The notes: generated from the letters alone by a model not told the origin. Shown: positions 50,503 through 60,017, counted from the first letter of the stretch. The stretch: DNA of 64,000 nt from a virus (IMGVR_UViG_2513237251_000009); one strand, 5' to 3'. Made by a program: numbers and translations.

Positions 50503-50588
50503 CGAATTTCTCCCGTGTACAGGAACAGAGTTAAAAAGCCGGAACCGGAATCAAATCACAGGATGACCATCTGCCAGTGGCTGGTCGT

Positions 50589-50617
50589 AAAAAAAAGGCC
50601 GCGCCATGCGCAGCCGG
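50589..50617 (-). terminator. Intrinsic terminator upstream of nanS-p
   Basis: Stem GGCTGCGC/GCGCGGCC with ATG loop followed by U8 on the minus strand. Confidence 0.55.
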
Positions 50618-50816
50618 AAATAAAGGGATAACGATGATAGTTTGAGAAAAACAGAAATAACACTTTTGTGGCAAAGCATGGTGCCGGGTGCCTCCCGGTG
50701 AATTCAGTACCAGCACCTGAATCCGCGATTATCCCATATACCTTCTTGCTGATCGCCCCTCCGCACAGGGGGATTCACCATGCAGAAGTGTTTTTAATAA
50801 ACAGCAAACAAAAAAA

Positions 50817-50984
50817 TCAAGCATTATGCAGGCTGTTTCTTTTTATCACCGGCCACAGCAATACCACAATGCCGCAGACCAGCACCCCATCCGCCAGCAC
50901 CGACATGATTCTGCTGGTGAAATCCACCATCACCACCAGAAACAGCAGGAGTGCAGCCACAGTCAGGCGCAGTTTTACCGTCAC
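50817..50984 (-). CDS. Small membrane protein coupled to TerB-like gene
   Basis: GTG start overlaps the TerB TGA stop; 55 aa VTVKLRLTVAALLLFLVVMVDFTSRIMSVLADGVLVCGIVVLLWPVIKRNSLHNA. Confidence 0.4.
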   Translation of the reverse strand: MTVKLRLTVAALLLFLVVMVDFTSRIMSVLADGVLVCGIVVLLWPVIKRNSLHNA

Positions 50985-51413
50985 AGGTGATTCTCCAGAC
51001 GAAGACCCAGAACACCGGCAATCTCTTCCAGCACCTTGCGCTCTTCCGGCTCAATTTCGCCGTCTGCCTCCGCAATGGCCACCGCCACATCCAGCACATC
51101 TTCCGCTTCACGCGTATCGTGTTTCACATCCTCGATCTCACGTAACGCCGCACGACGACCAGTTTTAAAGTTCGTATCCAGCTGACCGATAATGGTTGCG
51201 CTAATCGCATTAATTTCTGACGTAAACGCGGACAGCGCAGGCTGATTACGCAGTACCTGTTCGATCTTCGCTTTCTCGGATGCCTCACATTCACCATCTG
51301 CACAGGCCACCAGGTATGCGGCGTTAATCACCACCTGTGCCAGATCGCGTTTTTCAAACTTTTTAATTTCCGTTGCCGCTCTGCGGGCTTTTTTTACCAA
51401 AAATACCAAACAT
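50981..51413 (-). CDS. TerB-like protein (frame disrupted near codon 7 at an A-run)
   Basis: Paralog of 17-448; ATG at 51413 reads MFGIFGKKSPQ...stop, main body continues in another frame. Confidence 0.55.
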
Positions 51414-51551
51414 CGTGACGTTCCTTTGGGTGGGTGAGCCAACGCCCGGGAGCGATCTGCCCACAGAGAAAGTCACACTGACCACTCCGTAAGCTCCCCC
51501 CCCCCCCCGAAAGGCTCTGTGGTTGGTATGTGCCGGGCGTGGCGCAGATAC

Positions 51552-51575
51552 AAAAAAGGCCCGCAAAAGCGAGCC
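51552..51575 (-). terminator. Intrinsic terminator after tRNA cluster
   Basis: Counterpart of 581-604 with a less perfect stem. Confidence 0.4.
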
Positions 51576-51588
51576 GGGAAAATAAGTG

Positions 51589-51665
51589 TGGCGCGTTGTA
51601 CTGGAGTCGAACCAGTGACCGATTGCTTAGAAGGCAATTGCTCTGTCCTGCTGAGCTAAAAACGC
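51589..51665 (-). tRNA. argO: tRNA-Arg (UCU), argO-type
   Basis: Near-identical to 618-694 with one acceptor-stem mismatch. Confidence 0.75.
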
Positions 51666-51678
51666 AGAATACCGATAA

Positions 51679-51755
51679 TGGACCGCCATCGGAGACTCGA
51701 ACCCCGCGAAACCAGCTTCGAAGGCTGGCGTTCTATCCCGATGAGCTAATGGCGG
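51679..51755 (-). tRNA. argN: tRNA-Arg (UCG), argN-type
   Basis: Anticodon loop CTTCGAA, T-arm GGGGTTCGAGTCTCC, 3' CCA. Confidence 0.75.
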
Positions 51756-51762
51756 TATGTGA

Positions 51763-51838
51763 TGGTGGCCCTTGCTGGATTTGAACCAGCGGCCTGGCGA
51801 TTATGAGTCGCTCGCTCTCACCACTGAGCTAAAGGGCC
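51763..51838 (-). tRNA. ileZ: tRNA-Ile (CAU, lysidine-type), ileZ-type
   Basis: Near-identical to 795-870. Confidence 0.8.
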
Positions 51839-52048
51839 GGGCGCAGGATAATAACGTTACGAAATCAATGTTGCAAGCATTCAAGAATCACCTGGTTAAA
51901 AATTACCCTTACTTCCTCCACCAGCGCATTCACCATGTCTATCCGAGATAAGTGGCACAAAAAAACCCGCTTGTGGGCGGGTTTTGTTTGCTTTTGCCAT
52001 CACGTACAAAATCGGCAAAATATCAGATTTGCATGAAATATATGCCTT

Positions 52049-52744
52049 TCAATCTACTTTTGCAACACTTTGCTTTGAAAATGCCGCCTTTTGTTTTGAA
52101 CGCGTTCTCATTACAAACAATAAAGCCTCACTATCCAGTCGGTGAAAAATGTGTTTCATTGCAACCCAGTGACGAGTAAATGTTTTGGACCAGTTTTTAG
52201 TTGTCACTCCCACCAGTAATGCCAGCTCCTTGTATTCATAACCTTCCCCACCAAAAAGTTCTGCTTTTACTGCCTGCGCCGCCAGCCAGATTAATTTTTT
52301 CAGGCGTTCCTGCGTTTTCCCTGCAATTTTTCTGGTACCGGATTGAGTATTAAATTCATTCCACGCCCACTGTGTTATCGCGATCTGATATTCCCAACAA
52401 ATACTCCCGCTGTAACACCACAACAACCAGGCTTTATGATGTTCTTCAAGAGACAGAACAGCCCGCCGCCACGATGATGTCGAAAACTCAACCGGACTGA
52501 CCAGAGGAATTGACGTCACCTTCGCCAGCGATTGCTTTCCCGGGATTGGTGGATTATCCCGCGTTATCATTTTTCCAGTCACTTCATCGCGGTACCGGAT
52601 TTTTTTTCGCCTGTAACGCCCTGTATCGAACATGGCATTCTCCTGCCAGGCTTCAAGCTGACCTTTTGTTGCCCCACTCAAATCAGCGGTGGCGATAATG
52701 AGCTGCTCACGCACAAACTGTAAATAGTGGTTATTCATGCGCAC
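52049..52744 (-). CDS. Putative late antiterminator Q (QuuQ-like family)
   Basis: 231 aa, by position between RusA and late tRNAs; unrelated to prophage A Q. Confidence 0.5.
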   Translation of the reverse strand: MRMNNHYLQFVREQLIIATADLSGATKGQLEAWQENAMFDTGRYRRKKIRYRDEVTGKMITRDNPPIPGKQSLAKVTSIPLVSPVEFSTSSWRRAVLSLEEHHKAWLLWCYSGSICWEYQIAITQWAWNEFNTQSGTRKIAGKTQERLKKLIWLAAQAVKAELFGGEGYEYKELALLVGVTTKNWSKTFTRHWVAMKHIFHRLDSEALLFVMRTRSKQKAAFSKQSVAKVD

Positions 52745-53094
52745 TCCAGTTCTGTGATTTTTATCCCCAGCCGCTCACCAGGAACGAGCTGACCGCGCAC
52801 AATATTGATTTCATCAAACTGCTCGTCGTCTATGAGAAGTCCGGCATGCGTCAGCACATCCAGTGGTGCTTTCAGGATATTGTCCAGGTCACGACGGCGC
52901 TTATCCGGTGGCTCTGCAATAATCTTTATCACCAGCCTTCCGGACAGGTTTAATTTCAGCCGCTGCTGGCGAACAATAAGTGCCACATCCCGGCGATAAC
53001 GCTCACCGGCTTTTGATACAAAATATGTGCTGCCACGACGTCGCCAGTAGGTGTTCACCGTCGGCGGGTAAGGCAAAACAAACTCTATACGCAT
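52735..53094 (-). CDS. rusA: Holliday-junction resolvase RusA (full length)
   Basis: 119 aa. Confidence 0.85.
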   Translation of the reverse strand: MRIEFVLPYPPTVNTYWRRRGSTYFVSKAGERYRRDVALIVRQQRLKLNLSGRLVIKIIAEPPDKRRRDLDNILKAPLDVLTHAGLLIDDEQFDEINIVRGQLVPGERLGIKITELECA

Positions 53095-53106
53095 CAGTAA
53101 CCTCTT

Positions 53107-54156
53107 TTACCCGAGCACGCCGGTTGCAAAGGCGTGATCAAGAAAACGAAAAATTAAATCAACCTGGGAACCATGCTTTTCTTCGAACGCCAGCGGATCC
53201 GCATGAAGCTCGTTGTGATGCTCCCGACACAGCGGTAGCGTGAAAATATCGTGGGATTTTGTTCCCATTCCGCCCTGACCATGACCAATCAGATGATGAG
53301 GATCGTCCGCTGGCTTACCACAACACGCACACGGCTGTGTCTTTACCCAGCGTGTGTATTTCTCATTTACCCAGCGGCGACGTTTAGGTCGTTTCATGAA
53401 GGATTCCGGAGACTCCGGATCAACGGCAATGCTGACCACCGTCTTTTCCTGTGGTGGGTTCTGTTGCTGGTGGGTGTGAGGCGGTAGCGCAATATTTTTT
53501 GTGCGCTGCTTCAGTATGCTGGTGGCGGTCTGTTCTCCCGGTATGATGTCGCTTTCACGGTATACGGAGCGGATTTTTTCCGCACGCAACCCCAGCGAAC
53601 GACGTAATACCGCTTCCGGTAGCGCGTCCGCCACCTGATTGCGGACCGCCCACCAGGATAATTCAGCCAGAGATAATTCACGCTCCTGTGCGCCATTCAT
53701 TGCGTGACGGATGATGTCAATCATCCAGGCGGCCAGATTCTGTTGAGCAAGTTGATCCAGTGAATCAGATGTCTGCTCCCGCAGCTGGTTGTCGCAGTGC
53801 CAGCACAACACCATCGCGCCGGTACCGTAACGGTGAATGACGGTTTCGCTGTGATGATAATCACCGTGTAGCCACTGGCAGGATTTCACGTGACGTAATA
53901 ACCAGTCAGACAGTGCACCAGCGCCACCCGCAGCACGGATCACCCGCTCATCGCTGAAAAATGGCAGTAGTGATTTATCTTCCGCCAGCGGCTGGTGAAC
54001 GGCAGGTACAACCCCGGACGGCAGAGCTCGCATGCTTTTTGGTTCCGGCTCCACCAGTATTCTGCCGTTATGGAATGCTGACATTGATTCACGGCCTGGC
54101 TTAACGATAACCAGACCGAGTTCCGGTACCAGAACAGGTCGAAGTAATACCCGCAC
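53107..54156 (-). CDS. DUF968/YdfU-like protein
   Basis: 349 aa, GTG start with GGAGG RBS; paralog of 3105-4154. Confidence 0.65.
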   Translation of the reverse strand: MRVLLRPVLVPELGLVIVKPGRESMSAFHNGRILVEPEPKSMRALPSGVVPAVHQPLAEDKSLLPFFSDERVIRAAGGAGALSDWLLRHVKSCQWLHGDYHHSETVIHRYGTGAMVLCWHCDNQLREQTSDSLDQLAQQNLAAWMIDIIRHAMNGAQERELSLAELSWWAVRNQVADALPEAVLRRSLGLRAEKIRSVYRESDIIPGEQTATSILKQRTKNIALPPHTHQQQNPPQEKTVVSIAVDPESPESFMKRPKRRRWVNEKYTRWVKTQPCACCGKPADDPHHLIGHGQGGMGTKSHDIFTLPLCREHHNELHADPLAFEEKHGSQVDLIFRFLDHAFATGVLG

Positions 54157-54157
54157 A

Positions 54158-54436
54158 TTACCTCCAGATCCGTTGCTGGAATGTGCGGGACGGACGCGGT
54201 GGCCGTTCGGAGTAAGGGAGCCTGACGGAGATTATCCAGTGACGGTAGTCGAGGCTAAGGGCTTTTTTAACCTCGCATCCGCGCCTGCGGTAACACTGAA
54301 TGAGCCATTCGGCCTGTTCTTCAGTGCATGGGGGATGCTGGTACCAGTCAGATTTGAATGCGTAAAAACACCGTCCGCGCCTGCTGGCAAAGACGGCAGA
54401 ATCATCAGAATTGTATAATTTGGTATCGTGCGCCAT
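54158..54436 (-). CDS. Hypothetical prophage protein (rem position)
   Basis: About 93 aa from MAHDTKLYNSDD...; diverged paralog of 4156-4428. Confidence 0.4.
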   Translation of the reverse strand: MAHDTKLYNSDDSAVFASRRGRCFYAFKSDWYQHPPCTEEQAEWLIQCYRRRGCEVKKALSLDYRHWIISVRLPYSERPPRPSRTFQQRIWR

Positions 54437-54603
54437 CGGTTGTCTCTGCTGGCGCAGCAGGTGCCAGTTGTTCAGGCTGGCGTGCGAATTGTAAACCAGA
54501 ATGCCAGGAAAAAACAAAACCCGCCGAAGCGGGTTAAGTGCGGGTGCGTTGAGGATGCCTGATTCATCAGAGGTGGCGAGGGATTTCTCCCTCGCCGGGT
54601 CTC

Positions 54604-54759
54604 TTACTCCTCAGGTTCGTAAGCTGTGAAGACAGCGACCTCCGTCTGGCCGGTTCGGATTCGTACCTCGCAGAGGTCTTTCCTCGTTACCAGTGCCGTC
54701 ACTATGACGGTAATACAGATGACGATCAGGGCGATTAACATCGCCTTTTGCTGCTTCAT
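54604..54759 (-). CDS. hokD: Hok/Gef-family type I toxin HokD
   Basis: 51 aa MKQQKAMLIALIVICITVIVTALVTRKDLCEVRIRTGQTEVAVFTAYEPEE. Confidence 0.85.
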   Translation of the reverse strand: MKQQKAMLIALIVICITVIVTALVTRKDLCEVRIRTGQTEVAVFTAYEPEE

Positions 54760-55004
54760 AGCCTGCTTCTCCTTGCCTTTCGGCGCGTAAGAGGCTAACC
54801 TACATGTGTCTAGCATGAAATTGGCCTCAGATTAATGTTAGGCGTCTTGCAGGACGCGTAATGTTAACTGGGGCTTTTCTCTGTCTGCCTTACGGTGGCA
54901 TGCCCGAGGCAGACAGCCTCAAGCACCCGCAGCAATTCTACTTAACTCTCGCTTTACCGCAAACCGTTTTTACCCGATATGGGAATTCCCATATCGTAAT
55001 GAAT

Positions 55005-55109
55005 TCAGTTCCCTAGTCGATCCATCAAAAACACAACCAGGCAGTAAACGCCCACAACAGCAATAACAGCCAGCGCACCTTCCATTGCCAGTGAAATATC
55101 ATCCGACAT
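55005..55109 (-). CDS. 34-aa hydrophobic peptide
   Basis: AAGGAGGG RBS then ATG; MSDDISLAMEGALAVIAVVGVYCLVVFLMDRLGN. Confidence 0.35.
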   Translation of the reverse strand: MSDDISLAMEGALAVIAVVGVYCLVVFLMDRLGN

Positions 55110-55224
55110 ATTCCCTCCTTTGGTGTGAATCCCGGCGAACGTTTTTACCCCCACCGACAAATAACATATACTAAAAAATCAATAGCTATAGCAACGCCTG
55201 TAATTGCAAAGGCTTCAGGCCAGA

Positions 55225-55869
55225 TCATTGGCGCACCTCCTGCGGCGGTTCTGGTAGCGGCATCCAGTCGGTTACATTGCGGCTCTGTGTTTCGAAAAAT
55301 TCATCACCATTACGGACTACATCAAAAAACTCACCGTCTCGATATTGCGCATAAAGAACGAATGCGCCATCACATAAAATAATTACGTGCTGACCATCAT
55401 CCGGCATTCGCTCACTACAGCTTATCCAATCATCCAGAGTTACCGGATAGTTGGTTGACGTTTCCGAGATTTCCCGAAAATTATTGGTTGACGAACCCTT
55501 TTTTTCCCGAAAGTTTCCAGCCTGAAGCATGGCGGCGCTGTCTGGCGGGGCAGCATATAGCGGCACGTATATTTCCGGTTCCTTATCAGCACCGGGTTGC
55601 TCTTCCAGTGAGAATGTCTTTCCGGTAAATCGATTCATATAAAGCACGGGCTCTGCTTCCAGCGAAGCCTGAGCAACAAGGGCCAGTGCTAAATCCAACT
55701 CAATTGCCTCGAGAGAATTTTTGAATGCTGTCTGTTTTACTGCAAATTTCATCGCCTTTACATTTTCACTAACATGACTGATTAACTGCTCTTTTGTAAA
55801 AGTGGTCATCTCATTCTCCTTTGATGCGAATGCCAGCGACAATTGAAGCCTGATAGCTAATTCACTCAC
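55225..55869 (-). CDS. DUF551 phage protein
   Basis: 214 aa ending ...VTDWMPLPEPPQEV. Confidence 0.6.
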   Translation of the reverse strand: MSELAIRLQLSLAFASKENEMTTFTKEQLISHVSENVKAMKFAVKQTAFKNSLEAIELDLALALVAQASLEAEPVLYMNRFTGKTFSLEEQPGADKEPEIYVPLYAAPPDSAAMLQAGNFREKKGSSTNNFREISETSTNYPVTLDDWISCSERMPDDGQHVIILCDGAFVLYAQYRDGEFFDVVRNGDEFFETQSRNVTDWMPLPEPPQEVRQ

Positions 55870-56261
55870 AGTACCGCCTCCTGAAAATTGCCCTGATAGA
55901 ACGCCAGTACACGCAGCATAACTTCACTCTTCCGGCACTCGCCACAGATTATGTTCTGTTGTCTGTCGTAGCGGCGTATTTCTCCGTCTGGTAACTTTCG
56001 AATCAATGTCTGGTCGGTTGCTTTCTCCGCTGCCTTACGCCATACGCGATACACCTGTTCTGATGTAAAAACACCGTATTTACCGGGCATGTATAAATCG
56101 CCACAAGCCAGTACATCCACAAGGCAACGTCTGACTGAATGCCAGCCTGCTCCCGTCGCTCTCTCCAGTTGTGATATCGTCATGCGTTCATTTTTGCGTA
56201 CCAGCCCGATAATTCGGGCCTTCAGTTCTTCACGCTGTTCGTGTGTAAAAGGTTTCGCCAT
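55866..56261 (-). CDS. Hypothetical phage protein with Cys motif
   Basis: 131 aa ORF with ...ICGEC... Confidence 0.45.
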   Translation of the reverse strand: MAKPFTHEQREELKARIIGLVRKNERMTISQLERATGAGWHSVRRCLVDVLACGDLYMPGKYGVFTSEQVYRVWRKAAEKATDQTLIRKLPDGEIRRYDRQQNIICGECRKSEVMLRVLAFYQGNFQEAVL

Positions 56262-56276
56262 AAGCGCCTCCGGCTA

Positions 56277-57046
56277 TCACTTTTCCGATACAACACGGCG
56301 GGAAGAATCAGTAATCTGTCGAACAATATCCCGGTGCTTGTTCAGCTCCCGCAGCGCGGCGCAGACTCGCTCCCACTTCTGAACATCACTTTTCGCCCTG
56401 CGCAGCGCCAGGTTTGCCCTGCGCAGGGACGGAAAAATCAGCTCATCTGCTTGCGTTTCGGTAAACGATGGCAACGGCTGCACAATGTCCGCCACAGTTT
56501 CTGTTTTAATTTCTTCCTGTGTTGCGGCTTCCCGGACTGGTAACGCAGCACCTGCTGGCTGAGGAAAGGCCTTACCATCATTTTTCGTTACCGGCGCGGC
56601 TTTCGGATCTGCTGGTAAATTACCCCCCGACATGCAGTAACGAAATTTACCGTTCTGATTAACGCGTGCCAGCCGCCCCGTTGCGGTTACCACCGCCAGC
56701 GTGGAAGCAACCTTGCGAGTACTGACGCCGAACTTACCCGCCAGTTCCTCACACGTTTTAGCACCATCCTGACCGATAAACTCAACCATCATGTCTGCGG
56801 TAACTTTTGGAGCGACCTCTTCGGTTACCACATCCGGCGCTTCAGGTTGTAGTGCCTGCCCTTCGGTTACCCCGGCTTCACCTTCGACAGCCAGAAACCA
56901 GGTGTGACCCGTTTTATCAACAACGCCATTTTTTTGAGTTCCCACAGTTCGTTAAGAACTTCTTCACGGCTGATATCAAGCCGCGCCGCCAGTTCAACAG
57001 AATTGGCTTTTCCCATCGCTTTCAGTGCATGCAATACAGTTTCCAT
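56277..57046 (-). pseudogene. Conserved prophage protein (paralog of 7207-7941), frameshifted at a T/A7 run
   Basis: ATG 57046 reads [39 protein letters not shown] then shifts frame at 56929-56935 into ORF 56277-56945. Confidence 0.55.
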
Positions 57047-57071
57047 CGAAAATTTACCTCGTCAAAAATTC

Positions 57072-57812
57072 TCACATACCCTGACGTCCAACGTTTGACC
57101 GCCAGCTCTCCCAGTTAAAATTCACCCAACGACCACCATTCATGGTCATACGGTCCATCACCCGATCTCCGAGGAGTGTGCTCATCGCTGCGTGATTCAG
57201 GTTCGTCAGCATTCCGACACTACGCATCGAAGCCGTTCTGCGGTCGACTATCTGGTTCAGCGTGACCTGCTCGTTGCGCGTATCCCGCTGCATGCCAATT
57301 TCATCAAGGACCAGAAGGTCAACTCCACAAAGCTCCTGTAAAAATTTTTCCCCGGACTGGCCGTTGTCGTAGCCGTCATGCAACACGCTCATGACATCGG
57401 ACACGGTGACGATAATCACGCTTCTCCCCTTCGCCATCAGCCGATTGCCAATCGCTGCTGCCAGGTGATTTTTACCGGTACCAGGTTTACCGCTGAACAC
57501 GAAGTTTGTACATCCGGTCATCAATTCATCGGCAATGGATTTCGCCTGGCTCAGAGCATGGCGCTGACCGTCGTTCTGCACCCGGTAGTTCCCGAATGAG
57601 CACTTCCTGTGAAGCGGCTGGATGCCCGCACGGTTCAGGATTTTTTCAACCCGCACCTGATGATTCAGGCGGTTAATCTCCTCGCTGCGTTTTCGTCCTT
57701 CAGCAAGTTGCCATTCCCGCCACTCCTCCACCGTCCGGTACGGTGGAACCGCCCCCTGTGGTGCAAGTCTGCGAATACGTTCAAGAACCCCAACTGCCGC
57801 AATGTTTTTCAT
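57072..57812 (-). CDS. DnaC-like replication ATPase (IstB-like helicase loader)
   Basis: 246 aa; Walker A GKPGTGKNHLAAAIG, Walker B LLVLDEIG. Confidence 0.8.
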   Translation of the reverse strand: MKNIAAVGVLERIRRLAPQGAVPPYRTVEEWREWQLAEGRKRSEEINRLNHQVRVEKILNRAGIQPLHRKCSFGNYRVQNDGQRHALSQAKSIADELMTGCTNFVFSGKPGTGKNHLAAAIGNRLMAKGRSVIIVTVSDVMSVLHDGYDNGQSGEKFLQELCGVDLLVLDEIGMQRDTRNEQVTLNQIVDRRTASMRSVGMLTNLNHAAMSTLLGDRVMDRMTMNGGRWVNFNWESWRSNVGRQGM

Positions 57813-57818
57813 GACACG

Positions 57819-58796
57819 TCACCCCCTGAATCCCGGCGGTATTTCAGTGTCCGGTTCAGAAATGTGATTCACGCAACGCTGCGCGGGCGAACGCCCCAGG
57901 CGGATAACCAGTTCATCCCATTTTTCCCGGAGTTTTGCCGGACTCATGATGTTTTTTACCCAGAACGAATCCCGCTGGAGACGCCCAAACATTTCACAAA
58001 TTTGTCTGTGAGTTCTGCCATCCAGCATCCGCATTGTCCGCACGTCATTGGCCCATGCAGTCCAGTTGGGTTCTTTCGGTCTCGTGATCTCGCCATCATC
58101 GCTGGCCGCCTGCTCGTAAAGACTCACGATTCGTCCCCAGATCCACTGTGCGCACACCAAATCTTCCTGACTTCCCCACTGGCGTTTTTTCGCACTGAAC
58201 ACAACCGCGTCAGGGTGTCGGGTTAAAAAATTCTGTTCAGCCGTCTGCGGGTCCGGTTGCGAAGCGTCCGGACAAGAAGATCTTTTATCTGACGGATCAG
58301 GTTTTAATACTGACGGATCGGGGTCAATCATCGCCCCCCTAATCGGCAGTTTGTTATCAACAGTTGATCCATCAAAATTTGACGGGTCAACCGTTGAGGG
58401 GGCAATATTTGACGGGTCAACTGTTAACGGGTCATTTTTTGCCGGGCTAATTTTTCTTTTCGGTTTATATGACTCACGCGCCGCCGCAGCAGCTGCTTCG
58501 AGTTTTTCCACATTAAGCCGATAGATATTGCTTACATTACGCCCACCGACCTTACGCTCTTCCTTCGTCAGCCAGCCCTCTTTCGCCAGTTCTGCAATAG
58601 CCGATTTCACTGTGGATTCACTTCTTGCACCGATCTGACGCCGGATAGTTTCAATGGCAGGCCATGACACGCCCTCGTCATTGCTGTAGTCTGCAAGACG
58701 GGCCATAACCGCCACCCTGGATAAGATCATGCCGGTGAAGGCGCACCCTTCCCAGACAAGACCATGAAGCTTGCTGCTCATAAAACCCCCGAACAC
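57819..58796 (-). CDS. Replication initiator (O-like) with embedded iterons
   Basis: 325 aa; N-terminal winged-helix region; TGACGG(A/G)TC repeats at 58290-58440. Confidence 0.6.
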   Translation of the reverse strand: MFGGFMSSKLHGLVWEGCAFTGMILSRVAVMARLADYSNDEGVSWPAIETIRRQIGARSESTVKSAIAELAKEGWLTKEERKVGGRNVSNIYRLNVEKLEAAAAAARESYKPKRKISPAKNDPLTVDPSNIAPSTVDPSNFDGSTVDNKLPIRGAMIDPDPSVLKPDPSDKRSSCPDASQPDPQTAEQNFLTRHPDAVVFSAKKRQWGSQEDLVCAQWIWGRIVSLYEQAASDDGEITRPKEPNWTAWANDVRTMRMLDGRTHRQICEMFGRLQRDSFWVKNIMSPAKLREKWDELVIRLGRSPAQRCVNHISEPDTEIPPGFRG

Positions 58797-58803
58797 CGTG
58801 CTT

Positions 58804-59229
58804 TTAGTGCATCACCACAGCATTCCCTGCCGGGCCGCCGCGATTCATCTGGTCATACAAAACAACCGCTGACGCAACAAAATCATCGACATCCTTCACC
58901 AGCCGATCCCTCCGTTCGACGATCTCACGGTAATATTCAGAACTGTGGCTGCGCATACGGGCCACCAGCAAAGGCGGCATCGCCTTTTCGATCGCCGGTA
59001 ACAGAGCCTGCATTTTTTCAACAGCATCAGGGGTGTCTTTATCCAGCCAACGGAAAATTTTCTGGGTATTACGGGCCAGGGCTTCCGGATGGCTGTCGTC
59101 ATACAGTTCCGGGAACGTCATTCCCAGCTCGAAATACGCTTTGGTAATTTTCGCAGCCGGTACTTTTTCGCCGTCCGGATGCGCCCAGACATTCATCGCC
59201 ATGCGGATGTGTTCATGCTTGATTTTCAT
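58804..59229 (-). CDS. YdaT-like regulator
   Basis: 141 aa MKIKHEHIRMAMNVW... Confidence 0.6.
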   Translation of the reverse strand: MKIKHEHIRMAMNVWAHPDGEKVPAAKITKAYFELGMTFPELYDDSHPEALARNTQKIFRWLDKDTPDAVEKMQALLPAIEKAMPPLLVARMRSHSSEYYREIVERRDRLVKDVDDFVASAVVLYDQMNRGGPAGNAVVMH

Positions 59230-59528
59230 GAATCAACTCCATCAGATAAGCATGCACTACAATCACCTTCAGCATGAACTACATGTGTTTGCCCCAAACG
59301 AATGCCGCTCGCATACTCAGGCCAAATAAGCTCCCAATCATGGGGTCGTAGCTCCGCCCTACTTACTTGGCCTTCCGTCGCAGATTCGATCATAAGGGCG
59401 CGGGTTGGAGATATAGCTGTTCGTCCAGACGCCATTTGCGATAAGTAAGATGGCGATACACCAAGTCTGGCCGCGAATTTCTTAGCATCACCAACCCTTA
59501 ATGATTTAATAAACTCTTTTAATGTCAT
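59226..59528 (-). CDS. Cro-like HTH protein
   Basis: 100 aa; HTH AKKFAARLGVSPSYLSQMASG. Confidence 0.6.
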   Translation of the reverse strand: MTLKEFIKSLRVGDAKKFAARLGVSPSYLSQMASGRTAISPTRALMIESATEGQVSRAELRPHDWELIWPEYASGIRLGQTHVVHAEGDCSACLSDGVDS

Positions 59529-59625
59529 ACCTTCCTCGGTTTAGTGTTTTTTTGCGAGTTTAGTGTTTAATAAACCATTAAGTCAAGTATTTGCTTGTTT
59601 AGTGATTACTAAAGATAATTACCAC
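59529..59625. promoter_or_regulatory. Divergent operator/promoter region of the immunity switch
   Basis: Repeated GTTTAGTG motifs between the divergent cro-like and repressor genes. Confidence 0.45.
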
Positions 59626-59997
59626 ATGCAAAAAAAAGAAATTCGCCGTTTACGTCTCAAGGAGTGGTTTAAAGATAAAACTCTGCCACCCAAAGAGAAG
59701 AGCTACCTATCTCAACTAATGAGTGGGAGAGCCTCGTTTGGAGAAAAGGCTGCCAGAAGAATAGAGCAAACATACGGGATGCCGGAAGGGTATCTGGATG
59801 CGGAATACGCAGAACAACCGGGGGGTTCTCCACCACATGCAGGGTTAACGTCTAATCAACTGGAATTATTGCAGATTTTTTCAGCCTTCCCTGAGGATGA
59901 GCAACGCCAGATAATCAGCGAGTTAAAGCAGAAAAAAGAATCAATGGAAGATCTCATAGCGAGATGGATTGCGGCGCAAAAATGCCGCCGCGCCTGA
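59626..59997 (+). CDS. DicA/CI-like XRE-family repressor
   Basis: 124 aa from MQKKEIRRLRLKEWFKD...; DicA-like C-terminal LTSNQLELLQIFSAFPEDEQ. Confidence 0.6.
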   Translation: MQKKEIRRLRLKEWFKDKTLPPKEKSYLSQLMSGRASFGEKAARRIEQTYGMPEGYLDAEYAEQPGGSPPHAGLTSNQLELLQIFSAFPEDEQRQIISELKQKKESMEDLIARWIAAQKCRRA

Positions 59998-60017
59998 GTT
60001 ATAAAACCGGAGGAAAC

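Larger units (their letters stand above)
50966..51860. repeat. About 0.9-kb block (TerB-like gene plus tRNA cluster) duplicated at 1-890
   Basis: Near-identical direct repeat between the two prophages, diverging inside the middle tRNA and TerB 5' end. Confidence 0.85.

Noticed and set aside
50668-51168. ORFs 50668-51168 (+) and 50824-51111 (-) overlapping the TerB-like gene
   Set aside because: They overlap the conserved TerB frame and the coupled small membrane gene; the TerB frame is conserved in both prophages, the others are not.
50530-51590. Shiga toxin genes at the expected locus between the late tRNAs and nanS-p
   Set aside because: No ORF resembling StxA (about 315 aa) or StxB (about 89 aa) is present in either prophage; the slot holds the TerB-like cassette.
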